From Candidatus Woesebacteria bacterium (GTDB lineage: Bacteria; Patescibacteriota; Microgenomatia; UBA10105; UBA927), in NCBI GenBank assembly GCA_044223895.1, contig JBGALL010000002.1:704-64703 (forward strand): a stretch of 64,000 bases of DNA, in the 5' to 3' direction. The translations under genes and the position numbers were made by a program. The notes beneath the pieces were generated by a model that saw only the letters and a program-made list of their open reading frames with translations, searched no databases and was not told the DNA's origin. Numbering within the stretch: the first letter of the stretch is position 1; each line of letters begins with the position of its first letter. Positions 63,579-64,000 of this stretch are shown one piece after another.

Positions 63579-63809
63579 TCATATTATACCTTGAAAGATG
63601 AAGATTTTATTAAGATTTTTACCTCGAGTTGTTTTGGGAGGGCATTTAGAGTCAGCGTATGAGCAAAATACACAACAATCTCCTTCTTTCGGTTTCAGCA
63701 TTTCTCCGCATTTCTGACACTTATAGAAATGTTGACAGGCATCCGTGGGCATCGTCACTTTTTGTACAGCCCCACACTTTGGACAAGTTAGAGTTGCTTC
63801 AGTTTTCAT
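63579..63809 (-). CDS. GDCCVxC-domain small Cys-rich protein (3' end probably extended by an indel)
   Basis: TCPKCG...MPTDACQHFYKCQKCG..LKPKEGDCCVFCSY..KCPP. Confidence 0.85.
   Translation of the reverse strand: MKTEATLTCPKCGAVQKVTMPTDACQHFYKCQKCGEMLKPKEGDCCVFCSYADSKCPPKTTRGKNLNKIFIFQGII
63598..63619 (-). promoter_or_regulatory. OmpR-family direct-repeat box (putative autoregulatory site)
   Basis: Plus strand ATGAAGATTTT-ATTAAGATTTT; coding strand CTTAAT-AAAAT-CTTCAT, 9 nt upstream of TATAAT. Confidence 0.6.
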
Positions 63810-64000
63810 TTTAGGTATTTGTTAAAAAAGTCTATTGTCCGTTTTGAGATAACATTCCATCCTAAGTTTCGAAAGTTATGATCCTGACCGGGGTACTCAA
63901 AGTACTCAACTTGTTTACCTAACTTTTCCAGATCCACATCTAATTCTTTTGACCACTCCGGATCTACTTCAGTATCGGAGAGTCCTTGGTGAAGACTGAT
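63806..64000 (-). CDS. C-terminal end of an alpha/beta hydrolase (S9 peptidase-like), partial
   Basis: Read by hand: LHQGLSDTEVDPEWS...EYFEYPGQDHNF...FFNKYLK*; its TGA overlaps the next ATG. Confidence 0.75.
   Translation of the reverse strand: MSLHQGLSDTEVDPEWSKELDVDLEKLGKQVEYFEYPGQDHNFRNLGWNVISKRTIDFFNKYLK

Larger units (their letters stand above)
43443..64000. mobile_element. Integrative conjugative-type element inserted at tRNA-His (left end here; right end outside the window)
   Basis: TGGGGT junction after the tRNA-type terminator; VirB4/VirB6/VirB2/PrgI/M23 module, defence-like genes, metal cargo; visibly less AT-rich than the flank. Confidence 0.75.

Overview
AT-rich bacterial DNA using the standard code (TGA = stop). 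Gene content and style (dockerin-like tagged surface proteins, DUF2079, pilin/PrgI/VirB4/M23 module, many orphan ORFs) suggest a Patescibacteria/CPR genome, probably Microgenomates; this is an inference. Bases 1-43.3 kb look chromosomal: glycan-active and secreted proteins (GH125, two GH5, beta-helix, PQQ-propeller, NHL, CARDB; four carry a paired dockerin-like tag), a five-gene glycosyltransferase operon ending in a GT-C-LysM fusion, a MacAB-like ABC exporter, an orphan SNF2 helicase, and a ~5 kb M48-peptidase/ABC1-kinase gene split by frameshifts. At 43.3-43.5 kb lie tRNA-His 3'-end fragments, a tRNA-type terminator and what looks like the displaced C-terminal tail of an integrase. These mark the left end of an integrative conjugative-type element that runs past the window end. 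It carries a putative defence block (PLD nuclease, XRE HTH, DUF5677-like protein, AbiEii nucleotidyltransferase fused to a WYL domain with no AbiEi antitoxin), a minimal T4SS and a copper/heavy-metal cargo region. Five cargo promoters share an OmpR-family direct-repeat box. Genes from ~56.8 to 63.6 kb are heavily frameshifted (assembly error or decay). Many genes have a -10 hexamer 6-9 nt before the start codon, implying leaderless mRNAs. No CRISPR array, rRNA or intact tRNA was found.
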